Shown here: piece after piece, positions 32,264 through 33,454 of the stretch
How the letters are laid out: the number at the start of each line of letters is the position of its first letter
How positions within the stretch are numbered: position 1 is the stretch's first letter
IMG/VR virus record: IMGVR_UViG_3300044450_000311
Location: 1-33,454 of that record
Reading direction: 5' to 3' (one strand)
DNA from: a virus
Lineage: Duplodnaviria > Caudoviricetes
Length of the DNA stretch: 33,454 bases
Notes under the pieces: model-generated
Seen by the model: only the letters and a program-made list of their open reading frames with translations
Told to the model about the DNA's origin: nothing
Database searches by the model: none
Translations under genes and position numbers: made by a program

Positions 32264-33454
32264 ATGCCGCCAACCCGAAAACCCGCCCGAAAGCCGGTTG
32301 CGCGCCTGCAGCTGTCCTACCTCCAGACCGTGACGGCCGGCGGGCGGCTCTACGGCTACTACCGCCGGGGCGGGCAGTCGCAGCCGGTGCGCGGCGACTA
32401 CGGCGGGCCGGAGTTCCTGACGAACTACGCGCGCATCCACGAGACCTGGGAGGTTTCGGCCCTGGCGGCCGACGCCGAGGCCGGCCCGCAGCCGGGCACC
32501 GTCGCCGCCCTGGTGCGGGCCTACAAGGCCTCGCCGGAGTTCGCCCAGCTCGCCCGAAAGACGCGTGCGGACTATGCCCACCACCTGGACGCCCTGGCCG
32601 CGCCGATCGCCGGCGGCGGCCTGGGCGACGGCCGCCCGGCGCAGCTGCAGCACCGCCACGTGCTGGCGCACCGCAACGCCCTGGCCGCCACGCCGGCCAA
32701 GGCCAACATGCGCCTGCGCGTGGCCTCGGCCCTGTTCGCCTGGGGCCAGGACAACACCGCCTTCGTGCCGCGCAACCCGGTGGCCGAGCGCGGCAAGCGC
32801 CGCCTCGCGCTCAAGACCGGCGCCGGCCACCGGCCGTGGGAGGAGTGGGAGATCGCGGCCTTCCGCGACCGCTGGCCGCTCGGCACACGGCCGCGCACGG
32901 TCCTCGAGCTGGCGCTGGCGACCGGCCAGCGCGGCGGCGACATCGCCCGCTGCGGCCGGCGACAGCTCTTCGAGGTCAACCGGATGGATGGCCAGGGCAC
33001 GCGAGCCTGGATCCGCGTGCGCCAGCAGAAGACCGGCGCGCTGGTCGAGATCCCCCAGGCCCGCAGTCTGGTCGAGGCGCTGGCCGCCTGGCTGCCGAGC
33101 CATGACGCCCTGGCGCTCTTCCCCAGCGCCAGCCGACGCAGCCGCGGCAAGGCGATCACGCCCGACGCCCTGCGCCACGAGATGCGCGACGCGATCCGCG
33201 CGGCGGGCCTGGGCGACGAGGTCACCCTGCACGGCCTGCGCTACACGGCGGCCACGGTGCTGCGCGAGCTGGGCGTCGACCAGGTCGACCGCCAGGCCAT
33301 CCTCGGCCACCGCACCGAGCAGATGGAGCGCAAGTACAGCGCGAAGAGGCGCGCCACCGCGCGCGCCATCGCGCGCCTGGACGCCGCCGCCGAAGAGGCG
33401 TCGCCGCAGGCCGCCGAGTGTAAAACCGCCGATGACGAGAGTGTAAAACCCTGA
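32264..33454 (+). CDS. int: Tyrosine recombinase/phage integrase, 396 aa
   Basis: ATGQRGGD (R), QQKTG (K), LHGLRYTAA (H-x-x-R), ILGH, KY (Tyr); N-terminal arm-binding-like YYRR segment. Confidence 0.96.
   Translation: MPPTRKPARKPVARLQLSYLQTVTAGGRLYGYYRRGGQSQPVRGDYGGPEFLTNYARIHETWEVSALAADAEAGPQPGTVAALVRAYKASPEFAQLARKTRADYAHHLDALAAPIAGGGLGDGRPAQLQHRHVLAHRNALAATPAKANMRLRVASALFAWGQDNTAFVPRNPVAERGKRRLALKTGAGHRPWEEWEIAAFRDRWPLGTRPRTVLELALATGQRGGDIARCGRRQLFEVNRMDGQGTRAWIRVRQQKTGALVEIPQARSLVEALAAWLPSHDALALFPSASRRSRGKAITPDALRHEMRDAIRAAGLGDEVTLHGLRYTAATVLRELGVDQVDRQAILGHRTEQMERKYSAKRRATARAIARLDAAAEEASPQAAECKTADDESVKP

Larger units (their letters stand above)
1..33454. mobile_element. HK97/lambda-like temperate prophage (integrase end through tape measure; tail tip and lysis genes lie outside the window to the left)
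   Basis: Canonical gene order int-xis-early genes-cI/cro-replication-Q-like-HNH-terS-terL-portal-protease-capsid-head/tail joining-tail tube-chaperone-TMP; extensive ATGA/GTGA gene overlaps. Confidence 0.97.

Noticed and set aside
1-33454. tRNA, rRNA, IS elements, lysis genes
   Set aside because: None recognised by eye; no transposase, holin or endolysin motifs seen, and the lysis module probably lies beyond the left edge

Overview
The whole window is a very GC-rich, lambda/HK97-like temperate siphophage (prophage). The host is probably an alphaproteobacterium, inferred from a REP-like element and a DUF6456-like gene. Right to left: a tyrosine integrase and excisionase-like gene end a plus-strand early operon (26.5-33.4 kb) that includes an XRE-ParB fusion. 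A cI/cro switch with 17-bp operators sits at 24.9-26.0 kb. A minus-strand operon follows, with a beta sliding clamp, cupin, MazG-like enzyme, two N6-adenine DNA methyltransferases, an iteron-containing replication initiator and a Q-like late regulator. The late operon then runs HNH, terS, terL, portal, ClpP-type protease, HK97 capsid, cement protein, head-tail joining genes, tail tube, a frameshifting tail chaperone and the tape measure (truncated at the left edge). The most notable feature is a translationally coupled four-enzyme glycan-modification cassette (DUF115/Maf-like, GT-A-like, SAM methyltransferase, KpsS/KpsC-like) inserted between the capsid genes and the head-tail connector. Its first enzyme has no credible start codon and appears to be made by a -1 frameshift (C CCT TTG) from a small head-region gene. 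This suggests a phage-encoded virion glycosylation system. All family assignments come from motif recognition by eye, not database searches.
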